A stretch of DNA of 63,473 nt, the filler included, from Circinaria calcarea (taxonomy: Eukaryota), in NCBI GenBank assembly GCA_051942165.1. It is 25 parts of 25 records of this genome, joined end to end, with 100 filler letters (N's around TTAATTAATTAA, not from the genome) between each part and the next. Parts side by side here need not be neighbours in the genome. Positions count along the whole stretch, not along the records: positions 40,743 to 43,183 come from JAVECS010003537.1; positions 43,284 to 45,724 come from JAVECS010003538.1; positions 45,825 to 48,264 come from JAVECS010003539.1; positions 48,365 to 50,803 come from JAVECS010003540.1; positions 50,904 to 53,339 come from JAVECS010003541.1; 20 more parts are not named here. One strand, 5' to 3'. Of the stretch, positions 40,989-53,439 are shown in pieces. The notes under the pieces are model-generated. The model saw only the letters and a program-made list of their open reading frames with translations. It had not been told where the DNA came from and searched no databases. The stretch's first letter is position 1. Each line of letters opens with the position of its first letter. The translations under genes were made by a program, and so were the position numbers.

Positions 40989-42139
40989 TCAGGAGTTCCT
41001 CGAGGTCATTGTTGAAAGCGTGGTCGGAACTTTTGTAGGTCTTGTTGTAGAGGCATTAGATGAGGACGTCGTGGAAGCCTTGGAAAAGACGGTCGTAGGA
41101 ACCTTTGAGGAAACTGCGGAGGAGCTTGGGATAGCGGCTGTTGGCATGGACATGGAGGATGTTTTGAAGTTCTTGGTGTCCTTGGCCCCATCTTTTGAAA
41201 CCTTAACCTCACCTTTCGAGGAGCCCGTTGGGAGCGTTGTTGAATTGCGGGTCGTCATGGTTACATCACTCGTGACGGTCGAAGTAAAAGTGTAAACGAA
41301 TGGCGATACGGAATACGGCTGTCTTTTGGTCGTCGTAGTCTCCGGTACCCGAGTGGTCGCCGTGGAATTTGAACCCCCAGCGCGGCCAGAAACACAATAT
41401 CTGAAAGAATGACGTTAGCAACGCAAGGATCAAAGCCCAGACAGATAATCACGTACGAGTCCCCACTATAGAGGTTGGTACAGTTTTCATTAATATCTGG
41501 ATTCAAGCCTACAAAGGTCTCATGAGAAATGTCGTATTGCTCCTCCACACGTAGACATCTGTCGTTTTTTTGAGCAACATGCCAGCGATAGCACTCTGTT
41601 GTGGTCCTGGCCCCTTTGGCTGTGGGGGGTGGGATGGGTGTTTTGGTAGCCGAGGAGCTGCTGGAGTTACTCGTAGTATTCATGCGAGACGTGGTATTGT
41701 ATGAGGAAGTAGCCTTCGAGGAAGTAGCCTTCGAGGAAATAGCCTTCGGGGAAGTAGCTCTCGAGGAAGTAGCTCTCGAGGACTCCGTACTGATGGATGA
41801 GGAGGCGGCCTTGACAGCGAACGCAGTACTAGGCGAAGGTGTGGTACTGAATAAAGATGTGGTTTTGACGCGAGACGTTTCACTGGATGAAGACGTAGCT
41901 TTTACAGATGGCCTAGTACCGGATGAGGACGTGGTCTTGGCGGATGACGGTGTACTGGATGAAGCCGTAGTCTTGACAGATGACGTGGAATTGAATGAAG
42001 GCGAAACCGGGGGGGAGAACGTAGTATTGAATGAAGGTGTAGGTCCGGGAAGGGATGTAGTGTTGTATGCAGAGGAGGTGAGTGCTGCATCGCAGCCGAG
42101 TTTGCCAAGGACGCTCAGAAAGAGGACAAGTTTCAACAT
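40989..42139 (-). CDS. Secreted Ser/Thr-rich protein with one fungal LysM domain; intron ~41401-41456
   Basis: Signal MLKLVLFLSVLGKLGCDA; CYRWHVAQKNDRC..VEEQYDIS.ETF..LNPDINENCTNLYSGDS/YCV between mucin-like S/T tracts. Confidence 0.85.
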
Positions 42140-43369
42140 GGCTGCTTCCTGGGGTGGCGTTATTCCGTCTTGTCTGGAAAGTCGGACTGAAAAGATATCT
42201 TTTTTCTCTTGACAGTGGACAGGTATGACTCTACTTTCTCTCCTTTCAAACCGGATGCAGGCGTTTGCAGGCATTATATACTAGATGCTATATGCACGTG
42301 AAATTTTATGGAGTTCGTAAGATATTGATGGATCGGTTTAGATTCTCCAAATAGAAATGTTCACTTTACCAGGCTGGGACACATAAATTTGCTCATGAGA
42401 ATACAAGTCATATATATGGTAGAATTTAATCAAGAGTACAGACAAATAAGTGGTACCTGGTACGCTACCTGCATGATGTTCGGATTTTCTGTGGCGCCTT
42501 GAGTGGTGAGACCGTCTCAACCATCAATGCAGTGAGAAGAATATCATAACTTGATTCATGACGGCAGTTCTCCACACGGCAACCAAGACAAGAATATCAT
42601 GTAAAGTTCCTGTTGATTGTGGTACTATCACTTTCCTGGAGGATACATCTGCTCCGGAGGTTCGAGCATATCATACACAAAGAAAAGAAACGCGGTAGAC
42701 GCCACCCTTAGCATATACCAGATGTTGAAACAGAAAACCATATACGGGTAAGGTAGAGTAGGTACAAATAATAGAGTTAACTCTCAACTAGACTCTTTGA
42801 TTAGCGTCAGTAGACAGAAGTCAATCGAGAGGGGATGTGAAAATGGACGGCTAACCCTAGTTTAGCCGGTCATTGTAGGGCTCGCTTAGATGCTCTGCTC
42901 TTTGATATTAGCGGGCCGAATACCATATCGACGCTAGAGCTAGAAGAAACCGAGTACCCTAGGCAAAAAGCACAATCACATGCAAGGCGCAAATGGTGGC
43001 CAGCATTCACCTTCATTGATGGACAGAGGGTAACCGGGTTCAAGCCCAAAGCAAGCTGGAAAGCAATGAGAGTGTCCGGATGCCCTAGGGAAGTATAGAC
43101 CCTACTCCTCTGTCCTCCAACATGCATCACCGGTCGATATGGCGGTACAATCGAAGCTGCTGCTACCCACCCACCTTTCGGACNNNNNNNNNNNNNNNNN
43201 NNNNNNNNNNNNNNNNNNNNNNNNNNNTTAATTAATTAANNNNNNNNNNNNNNNNNNNNNNNNNNNNNNNNNNNNNNNNNNNNTGGAGTTGTCTATGGCT
43301 ATCAAGTAAACTTACAAGCTGGCGGGCGATTGCATTGAAGAAAGTTAGAACAAGAGCTAATCTCTTACC

Positions 43370-44001
43370 ATAACAATCATGTCGGTCACTTCGTTCTGGT
43401 TGAGAACCTCATGCCAATACTCAAGGCAACTGCGGCACAACCCAAACCCGACGTTCGAATAGCCATTGTATGCCAAATTGTGTTGTTATTTTTAATACTA
43501 TGATACTAAACGGTCCTTGACAGATGTCCTCCGAGGTCCATTACATCGCTCCGAATATCACAAGTCTCAAAACCGCGGAAGAGTTGAGTCGGCAATAGGC
43601 AACTTATGCGACTTCTAGCGGGTTTTTTATTGGCCATAACGGATCTGCTCAACGAGTGGTTCAAATTCGAGCTTCAACGTCGCCTCGATTTGGAAGGGTC
43701 GAATACCATCGCCATCTCAATGCACCCGGGACTTATTGCGAGAACGACTTTGCTTCATTCCCTTTCCTGTTGCGCGCACTGCTCTGGTTTACGCCCAAAT
43801 CTGGGAGTGGCACTATCTTGACACTCTTCGCTGATACAACAGCAGTTGTGAGAATGAGCCGGAAAAGTATGAGCCGCCTACCTGACTTCGTCGGGAGTGT
43901 CGAAGCAGGTATCGAAACAGGCTAGAGATCCTAAGCTTGCGGGAGATCTATGGACGGTGACAAGGGAAATCATTGATAATGTATTCGCTGGGAAAAGTTG
44001 A
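43370..44001 (+). pseudogene. Short-chain dehydrogenase/reductase (RDH/WWOX-like) remnant
   Basis: NHVGHFVLVENLMPILKATA…DVRIAI/MSSEVH, ELQRRLD…IAISMHPG and SKQARDPKLAGDLW lie in different frames, with an internal stop and no intact YxxxK. Confidence 0.65.
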
Positions 44002-44782
44002 GGTACCTCACGCCAGACGGGCGCCTCATGGGGTACTTTTGGCGCGGAAAGGATGGGTTCAATAGAGGCTATAAGTGATACGCGGCCGCTCACCTTAGTC
44101 AACGACCAAAAACGAGCCGACGACAGTAGTTAGATATTGAACATAAGTAAATAAGGATTGTACATTTCTCCTCTAAGGATAACCTATCGGACATGCGATA
44201 TTATAGATTATGGACGCTTCATGCTCATTCACTTTGTACACGTAAAGGATACGATTATGGATACCACCTGATTACTGTACCTTTTGAAGGTTTCCTGCCG
44301 TCCTTTTCCCCAATATGTTCGAATTGGCAAGTCGTGGCGCGATGAAGTCATCGACATCACAAGTGATTGGAATATCTAAGCGATCCGATCCGTATTTACT
44401 AATATGATCCATTATCTTATCCGCTCTTCCTCAGCTCTCGTCCGACATCTGACGGCCAACAATACTCTCACTCAAGTATCGTGATTTGTTTTGAGCGCAT
44501 CTCAGCCGTCTCATTGGAATACGGGCGCGTCTTATGGCGCTTATACCCTAAAGTCCTCGTTATCCGACGTCTCTGTACCCTTTGGGAGTCTAGAATTGCT
44601 TTTTGGGGCGATCCACAATACTAGGTGAGTATGGCTGACGGTACCACCGTTCATTTGAAGTTACATCCTGCTTTTCAATTGAGCCAAGGTCATTCCGGAA
44701 TATAAATCTAATCCGATCGCAGTCACTGCAGCTTCACAACCTCCTTGATTTGGCCACTCGGTACGCCACACTTGGTCTCAAC

Positions 44783-45724
44783 ATGTCTTTCTCACATATG
44801 GCGGAACACCAGAGCATACCAGAGACCTCCACATCTCATCCTGAGAACCCAGTACCCGAGGAGCCGATTGAAATACCCTACCGCAAGTTATCACTCAAGA
44901 TGCCCTATAATTCTCCGCATTCCTCGTCTCAATCGCTCAACTTCACATCCTCTTCAGACTCGGGGTCGCCGACGACGCCTCAAACAGACACTGAACTTAG
45001 TGATCTTTTTGATCAAGTGGCAGATAAGACCACACTTGTCGACACGCCACCAGCTCCGAAACACTCTCGAATACGCCGAGCGTCCACTGTGTTAATTTCG
45101 AAGAGCCCAGAGGATGTTCAACGGATCCTTGGAGAAGGAGGCACGAATTTGATTGAGAGAGTATGCTGCGGAGGAGGATGTTGTTTTATGAATGCCCCCC
45201 AACCAGATCCTACCACAAAGGACGCTGCACCCCTTCCATTACCTGACAACGATGCGTTTCGCAGTTTGCATCTTCGTCTGGCCCCACTTTCCATGGATAC
45301 AGAGCTGAGCAAAATTGTGGACCTCCCAGAGGAAACTGTTTCATTCGAAAACATACCTGCGAAGGCAACAGGATCAAAATCTGCTCCTCAGACGCACCCT
45401 CCCGAATTCGTAACGCCTCATCCTCCATACGCTGTACATTCAGCCAAAATTCATCATGCGAGAGCCTTAACAAAGCCGGGAGCTGAGAAACGAACATATC
45501 ACTTTGACATAGATGTCACCGACTACCCCGAGGAAAGCGGTGATGTTGATTTTGTTGTTGGTGGAGCCATCGGCGTTTGCGCTCCAAACTCAGACGACCT
45601 AGTTGATGATGTTTTTGACACCTTGAACGTACCAAACTTTGTACGAGACAAGCAGGTCGTGCTTCGTACTACGAACGGAAGATGGCCGACGATTTGGGGC
45701 GACGAAATGGCCCGAGAACTTATC
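44783..45724 (+). CDS. FAD/NAD(P)-binding diflavin-reductase-like protein (methionine synthase reductase/sulfite reductase flavoprotein-like), 3'-truncated
   Basis: AKIHHARALTKPGAEKRTYHFDIDVT…FVVGGAIGVCAPN matches the start of an FAD_binding_1 domain. It is preceded by VCCGGGCC. Confidence 0.75.
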
Positions 45725-46662
45725 NNNNNNNNNNNNNNNNNNNNNNNNNNNNNNNNNNNNNNNNNNNNTTAATTAATTAANNNNNNNNNNNNNNNNNNNN
45801 NNNNNNNNNNNNNNNNNNNNNNNNACTTCCCTTTGCCTTTTGAAGTAATAACGGCCGAGTCAGATGAGAAGTTATAAGTGAGGGTTCAATGAGAATGCCG
45901 ACAGCCTCTCGTGTAGCTCGAGTTGAAAAGTATAGCCACGGCACTTTTGTGATGAAGTTGAGTTGCAGACGAGAGACCAGATGAAGGAATAGTGCGGGGT
46001 CGGTTTGATGAATGTGAGATAACCGCCATTGAGGTGATGGTGAATCTTTACGCGTTTATTTTGGCCGAGTTGCCTTTTAGTGACACCTTTCAAAATCTCT
46101 AGTAACAGGATCGGCAATTCAAGTCCTTCATCATCAATCACAAAAGCCCACGAATGACACCTGCGTTTTCTCAGTGACATATGAAACTACTGCAACCCAC
46201 GCGACGAATATAGTCAACGAGTTGCTCTACTCAACTTTCACTAGACACGCCTTGATAATGAAGTCCTCAACCAGCCCATGACGCTGGTGACCAGCAAGTC
46301 CTGTAGCAGCCTGCGATACCTTCACCCTTTCGGAAGATGGCTCAAGCATGCAACATTGGTGACATGCCTCTCCAAGGCTGGAAAAACAGACCAGTATTTG
46401 ACCTCTGCTGACGGACACCTCTGAGGGTCTCATCCAATGCAATAGGACCGACAGCTGATAGCAAGAGCTATTCGATCGGAGATTGAGCACCAGTGCCAAC
46501 TAGGGCGACGCTGCGATGGGGTGAAGGGCAGATGATTTCCATATCAGATCGCAGATGCGAGGCTACATATGCAAAAGGGTATCCTAAAACAAATGTGCAA
46601 ACCGGAACAAGGAGCCTCCCTAACCCTTCAGATCCAAGGTAAACAAAGTCAAAAGCACACCT

Positions 46663-48264
46663 TCAGTCTTCCTCTTCATCATCACTTCCATCCAGCATAC
46701 CGACTGCGCGGAGCTTGTCCTTTTGCGCCTTGGCCAAGGGAATTTGTTCAAAATTTGCCGGCAAAGCAATACCTGTCCTGACAGAGTGCTTTATCAGCAA
46801 GAACTGGCTTAATAGTCATGAGTGAGTCAGCTTACTTGAGGTAGTCAAACTTCATATTCCGCGCCTTGTCCTTCAGTGCGACTTGATCCCGATACCGCAG
46901 AATACCACCATTTTCCGCGTCAAGGGATTTAATGTGTGTCCAGCTGATGCCATGCTCCTCAATAAGATCAATCAAGCGGTCGGTCTCCACCTCAGACCAG
47001 GCCCGTCGGACTTGGACTTTCTTGGGTAGCCGAACTCGCGTCATTGCCTTGGACTGCGTGTTGACTGTCCTGTACATTTCTCCCTGCGACGGAATGACAG
47101 CATTAGAGGCGTTTCTAGCGGCGTCCCTATACTCCCGGTCAAGGCCTGCAGGCTCCCCAGGTTCTTCTTGCCGCTCGTGTGCACGGCGAATCCGATGCGC
47201 TGGTGACTCTGGTGTCGCTGCCGGTACGTCACGTTTTCTTGAGCGAGCTGGCATTTGCTGTTGACGGAAATTTTGACGGTTATCTTCTTGAAACCCTTCA
47301 TCTTCACTGGGAGAAGAAGGCTGATGCTCGTGGTGGTCGTCACTATCTGCAATCTGTGGCCGCCGCTGAGATCTTGGCTCAATTGGATGGCCTTGTTGCG
47401 ACGCCGACTGGCTCCCAAACGAGATCTTCTGAGCATTTGGCTGTCTATCAATGAATAGTCTTCTGCTACGTCCCAATGTAGCTTCTGGACGTTGTGGTAT
47501 ATTCTCCTTGTCCTGCTCCTTCAACGCCTCCTCTTGTAGCTGTAGGATTCGAGGTGTTGGAGAAGGCTCCCTTTGCTCATTCAAATGAATTTCATCATCT
47601 TCTATGAACGGCTGGAACTCGTCATTGGAATGTTCATGGCTAGGAAGCTCGTTTGTGATCTTGGCCGGAGCCGTTGAAGGAATCACTGGTAATTCAATCC
47701 TCGATTTGGGAATATCCATCTGCGTAGAAGGGCCTGCCAATGCAGCTGACGGCTGCGGGTTTTGCACGGGGAAGTAACGTGCCGTCTTTGGCTGCGCTGA
47801 CTTTTGCGCGGCTTTAGCTGCCAGAAGACTCTTGACAAACCGAACATTTCCTGGCGAATCGAATCTGCCATGTATATCAGCGCATTTCACCCGACAGCGT
47901 AACAACTGAATCATTGAGGGTGAACGCACTGTCGACTTAGGGATTTTCTAGAACTCATGACGGGGGCCTGGACAGGGAGATTTACTTGATCCGATGTAAG
48001 ATCGGAAGCTGGATGATAGTCGATCTGTATATGAGGGCTATGGCCCTCACTGACCCCAGCATCCTCTCCAGCATATAATACAGCCATTTCTCGAATCTCA
48101 ATCTCCAAGGCCTGCCTGATACCATCAACGGTACCACGCGAGTTTATTTCAGCTTGTATCTCGCTGCTCCGTAATTTGGTCCACGATAAAACTTTCAAGA
48201 TAAAGGCAGACCACGTATAGATAGTCCTTAACTGATCGAGGTCTACCAGATGACCAGTCTGCAC
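46663..48264 (-). CDS. Telobox-type Myb/SANT DNA-binding protein (TRF/Tbf1-like), 5'-truncated, 2 introns
   Basis: RRAWSEVETDRLIDLIEEHGISWTHIK…RDQVALKDKARNMK; last exon TGIALPANFEQIPL…DEEED*. Confidence 0.8.
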
Positions 48265-48364
48265 NNNNNNNNNNNNNNNNNNNNNNNNNNNNNNNNNNNN
48301 NNNNNNNNTTAATTAATTAANNNNNNNNNNNNNNNNNNNNNNNNNNNNNNNNNNNNNNNNNNNN

Positions 48365-48956
48365 ACGTGATAATTTTACCGTGGTCCTAACGATATGGGC
48401 GAGTCTGCAGCTAACGTGGGTCACCATGTTACTCTTCGTACAGCTAGTGCAGATCTCGAGAGCAAAAACGACATATGAGAGCATGCGAGGTCAAACCAAC
48501 CAAAATTCACCAGCTACGAATGCTATGACTGCTGCATTGATCGCTGGGACATCATCTATGGATGGCGCACAACTAACTGACAATGAAAGCGGACTCGAAA
48601 ATCATGAGATTCACGGGCATGCTCACCGTCGTAAGGAGGGATGTTTTTCTCAGTGGAAGAAGCTCCTGGGTCTTGATACGTTTGTAGCGACTGCGCACGG
48701 CAGTCTCACAGGTGGCAGACGGTCACAGAGACGGATGAATCCATTTTCCCGAGGGGTTTTGACTAATTGCAGGGACTTTTGGTGTGATCCAGCCCCTTAC
48801 TTCGGCCAGCGAGAAGTCGGCGCTTCGATGCTTGACGGGAACATTGTCAATTACACTAGGATGTATGAGGCTCCGCCGCGACTGAAGATGTACAGGCCGC
48901 AAAGTACCGCGAATGAAGATATGTATAATAGCGTGGGAGATGATGACGACGTTTAA
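48365..48956 (+). CDS. AKR1: Palmitoyltransferase Akr1, C-terminal fragment
   Basis: IWASLQLTWVTMLLFVQLVQISRAKTTYESM, WKKLLGLDTFVATA, NPFSRGVLTNCRDFWCD. Confidence 0.88.
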
Positions 48957-49728
48957 GATCAGAAATCTGTTCTGTTCCGCTGCGGTTGCCGCTTGGACGG
49001 CGCTGTCCGACCAACAGGATATGGTTCGTTCAGACATTCAACGGAAGTACTTACACGAGTTTAGAGAGTATAATTTCTCGGCCTAGTTTTGACTTCAATG
49101 TTTCTTGTCTCAAGCAGCATTCTTCATGTGGGCCATGGTAGTTTTGGGTCAGCAAATTTGAGATGACTCGAGTAACTGAGATTCTATTTGAAGGGCACCG
49201 GGAAAGCCTTTTCGTCGAAACAAGGGGTAAAAGAGGAAGTGAGCTCAGATAATTGGGCTTAATACCTACGCAAAGGTTACCGAACATGGTGGATTGAGTT
49301 GTATTGTTTCTAGCAATCACAAAAATAAGCAGGCGACAATCCGATCCTTTATGGCCATTAGGTGTTTGTGAAAATCAGCCTACATTGGAATAAAAACCGC
49401 GAAACCCCCCGAGGCCTTAGTAAAGAATCAATGGTAGAGGAATAGTAATGCTCACTTGGGCCCGCTAGCGTCCGTATTCTCGATTGGTGTGCAGTTAACA
49501 GTAAGGGTTCAGAAGTATCCTTCTGTCTTTACCATGAGGATTGAGGTCACCCACATTTCAAACGCAAGGCTTTGTTCAGAGAACTTATTATCAAGATATA
49601 TTCATAGAACATTCAATATTTTATCTTCCGTCCTATTGTGGTAAGTAATGAGCCAGATGCGGTTATCGCGCTTATTTCCAACGTCTCCACTTTCTATTTG
49701 CTACATCAATGAAAATATAGGCGACAGT

Positions 49729-50229
49729 ATGAGTGACGGAGAACTTGTTTCTATCCAATATGCGCGGTCTGCCGACGATCTGACGGCTTCGGCAAACCTA
49801 TTTTCAGCATACGCAGAATCACTCGGCATCAGTCTCGCATTTCAAGACTTCGATGCGGAAATGAGAGACTTTCCCGGCAAATATGCTCCCCCGAATGGCG
49901 AGCTTCTCCTTGCTCGCGACCAGCAGGGTAGGGCGGTGGGTTGCGTTGCCTTGCGCCCAATCATGCCCGACGGCTGCTGCGAAATGAAGCGCCTATATGT
50001 CTCACCTGCTGGCCGCGGTCTCGGCATTGGGAGGAAAATGGTCGATACCATTCTGGACGTGGCGGGTAGAATGGGATACAACGAGATCAAGTTAGATACA
50101 TTACCATCCATGACCCGAGCCATCTCGCTTTACAGGGAAGCAGGATTCTTGCGGACTGCACCATATTACACCACCCCACTAAGTGAAACTATGTTCTATA
50201 GTCGGCGGCTTGGGAATCCCGACGGCTAA
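49729..50229 (+). CDS. GNAT-family N-acetyltransferase, intronless
   Basis: FQDFDAEM..FPGKYAPP.G.LLLA, GCVALRP, CEMKRLYVSPAGRGLGIGR, LDTLPSM..AISLY...GF. Confidence 0.92.
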   Translation: MSDGELVSIQYARSADDLTASANLFSAYAESLGISLAFQDFDAEMRDFPGKYAPPNGELLLARDQQGRAVGCVALRPIMPDGCCEMKRLYVSPAGRGLGIGRKMVDTILDVAGRMGYNEIKLDTLPSMTRAISLYREAGFLRTAPYYTTPLSETMFYSRRLGNPDG

Positions 50230-50903
50230 ATACTAGATGCGGAATGCGCTGAAATAAAAAAATCCCACAAAGAAAATACTCGGCGCGATTACTCCGTTCC
50301 ATTATTGTGAAGGATATAGGGCGCTCCGCTATGCTCCTAAGGTATAGGCAACGACGCTGTAGAAGAAGGGTAACGGGGGCCTGAATAGCGAAGAATCAGG
50401 GGGTATATGGCATGAAGTGACTGCTACAGTATAGTGCACATATAGGGGGAAATTAGAACGGGTCTCGATATCGCATTCTTAACTGCTATACTGCTCTGCT
50501 ATATGAATAAATATATATATATACAGAGAAATCCTCCATATCTACCTACCCGCTCCATATACGTGTTATGGCGCCACGCCAAACTCAGGGTCCAGAGCCA
50601 AGAATGGACTAGCGAGTTCACCACACGTGATGGAGCAGAATGAGCAGAGTGAGCAGAGCAGTGCTCATGGTGCTCAGAGTGCTCGGGTGAACAAAGTGAG
50701 CGGAGTGAGCAAGGGAATGCTTAGGGTGCTCATATTGCTCAGGACATTATATAAACAAGCTATTCCTCGTTTATTAAAATAACATATTTATAAAACCATA
50801 ACGNNNNNNNNNNNNNNNNNNNNNNNNNNNNNNNNNNNNNNNNNNNNTTAATTAATTAANNNNNNNNNNNNNNNNNNNNNNNNNNNNNNNNNNNNNNNNN
50901 NNN

Positions 50904-52287
50904 TCGCTTTGTGCTAACTCATTATCGTGATGTGGAAATGCTAGATCAATACCTCCAGAATGTATATCTATTTGACTACCAAACTTATCCGACGCCATGG
51001 CCGAGCACTCAATATGCCAACCAGGTCGACCTCTTCCCCAAGGACTCGGCCAGCTTGGTTCTCCCGGCTTGGATGATTTCCATAATGCAAAATCTGCATC
51101 AGACTTTTTCTCCGACGACTTCTTCGTCAGAGCACCTTCACCATCTGCCTGAAGTTCGGTATCATTCCGATTCCACGGTTCAAGCTTAGCGTAAGTGTTA
51201 TGCGCCGCTTCAAAAGCTTCAATATCAAAGTAAACAGATCCATCAGACGTGATGTAGGCAAACCCATTTCGCTGTATTTTGTCCACAAAGTCCACAATTT
51301 GCTGTCCGTACTCAGTGACTCTCGTCATTTCGTCAGGATCTAGAACGTTGAGAGATCGCACATCTTCCATGAACCTCTGCTCAAACTTCTGAGTCAGCTT
51401 GGTGAATATTGTGTGATCGTCAGCATCGATTGAGGTTCCGTGGAGTGAGTCGAGATAGGGCAGTAGGATATCTTCAACTCTTGAATAAAAGTCCTCAGGG
51501 CGGGTTCCAGTGTTGATCAGGGATCCTATGGCATCCGCAGCCGAGAGGACTGTCTTCAGATGCATTTTGACCTTAGCTTCCTTGTCTCCTGGAGGCCCTC
51601 CGTCTAAAGACCCACCATCCAAGATGAATTTGTAATTCTGTTTGGCCAACCCTGGCAAATCAGGCGGCTTCGTATCCACCGGAATTCGGGGTAAGTTCTT
51701 CCCTATGTAGGCGGAGAGCGCCTTCAAGCTCGTCTCCGTCACTTCGCTGCTCTGAGGGCTGTTGGCAATAAATAAGGCTAGGAGGTGCTGTTGCCGCCCA
51801 CGGACAATAATCTACTGAGACAGTGTTAACATTAGTGTTGCTGCCATCCTCAAATGCCCAAAACTAGGACCTCCAAACCACAACGCACCTTATCATCCAC
51901 ATCCGTGACATTCAAAACAAACTTTACGTTGAATTTGAAATAATCCCGCAGTATGCGCCGAATGATATCGGTACTAACGTAGTTTCTGGCATGCCCCAGA
52001 TGTGCATCATCATAGACAGTGGGGCCACAAGCGTACCAGGTGACGGTCTTTGTCTTGCAATCGATAGGTATGAAGGGTGTCTTCGACCGAGTGAGCGAGT
52101 TCCAGATCTTCAGGGCTGGCAAAGCAGTATCTGCAGGAGGCGCCGCGGGTTGCTGCCACGATGGTTGTTGGCGTGTGGCTGTTGCCATGGCTCTCCAGGC
52201 ACAATGAATGGAAGCTTTATGCTGGGTCAAACGTGGAGTATGTGGGGGGCTCCTCAGGAGTGAAAGTATAGGAGAAGTACAGCGCAT
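50904..52287 (-). CDS. CRS1: Cysteinyl-tRNA synthetase, 3'-truncated; intron ~51814-51888
   Basis: [70 protein letters not shown]. Confidence 0.97.
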
Positions 52288-52560
52288 AAAGAAGCGACAA
52301 GAAGGAGTCGGCCGAAAGGAATAACTTCACGCTGAAAAGAGCTGACCTTTCGAATTACTTTCGAGTTAATTCAAGCTATTCACACACGAGGCGGGGGCAG
52401 GATAATCATAAGTCCGACGGCCGCTAACGGTCGATCTCCCGCTGCGTGACATTCAGCCCTAAATGAAACAATTCTAGTGTAACGATGAAGGAGAGCATGG
52501 TAAAGGACTATATTTCCTGATAGCTATCGAATTCTACCGCCGTGCGATTGCAATCTCCCA

Positions 52561-53339
52561 ATGGCAACAACCGCAGGATCCAACACATCTCCATTCCTTG
52601 ACCCTGGCGTCTGTTCACGGCCAGATTCTCTAGCTATCTTGCATCTAAAAAGAGATCTACAAGTCCCAACGGTACTCCGAGAAGAAGACGATCTCAAAGA
52701 AGGGTACTCTGAAGGAAAGGTCACCAATACCCGATTTGGGTCCTTTCCCCATAGCACCTTGATCGGGGTCCCGTGGGGTTCTCAAGTGCGTGCATCCGCC
52801 GTTGATACCGGGTCTAGAGGACGCAAAGGCATCATAGGGAACGAAAGTAGAGGCGAGAAGCGCAAACGCAACCCAGAGACTCCGGAAGGCTCAACACCGC
52901 CAACTGAGGAACGGGAAGATGCCTCGGCCCAAAAAGATGCCGTGGCGGCCTCCACCGGGTTCGCTCATCTGTTACCTCCTACACCGGAGTCGTGGACGGT
53001 ATCGTTGCCTCATCGAACGCAGGTAGTCTATACGCCAGACTACAGCTATGTTTTGCAACGGTTAAGGGTCAGACCGGGGACAGTTGTCATCGAGGCAGGG
53101 GCCGGAAGTGGGTCTTTCACCCACGCAGCTGCCAGATCTGTCTTCAATGGCTATCCCGAAGATTCAACTCCAGATCATCCCAATGATGCTCCGGTAAAGC
53201 CGAGAAAAGGGAAGGTATGGAGCTTCGAGTTTCACCAACAGCGAGTTGAGAAGCTTAGCGCGGAAATTAGGGAACATGGTCTGGATCAAATTGTTGAAAT
53301 CACCCATAGAGACGTTTGCGCCAACGGCTTCTTACCAAG
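52561..53339 (+). CDS. TRM61: tRNA m1A58 methyltransferase catalytic subunit, 3'-truncated
   Basis: NTRFGSFPHSTLIG, PTPESWTVSLPHRTQVVYTPD, EAGAGSGSFTHA, SFEFHQQR, THRDVC. Confidence 0.96.
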
Positions 53340-53439
53340 NNNNNNNNNNNNNNNNNNNNNNNNNNNNNNNNNNNNNNNNNNNNTTAATTAATTAANNNNN
53401 NNNNNNNNNNNNNNNNNNNNNNNNNNNNNNNNNNNNNNN

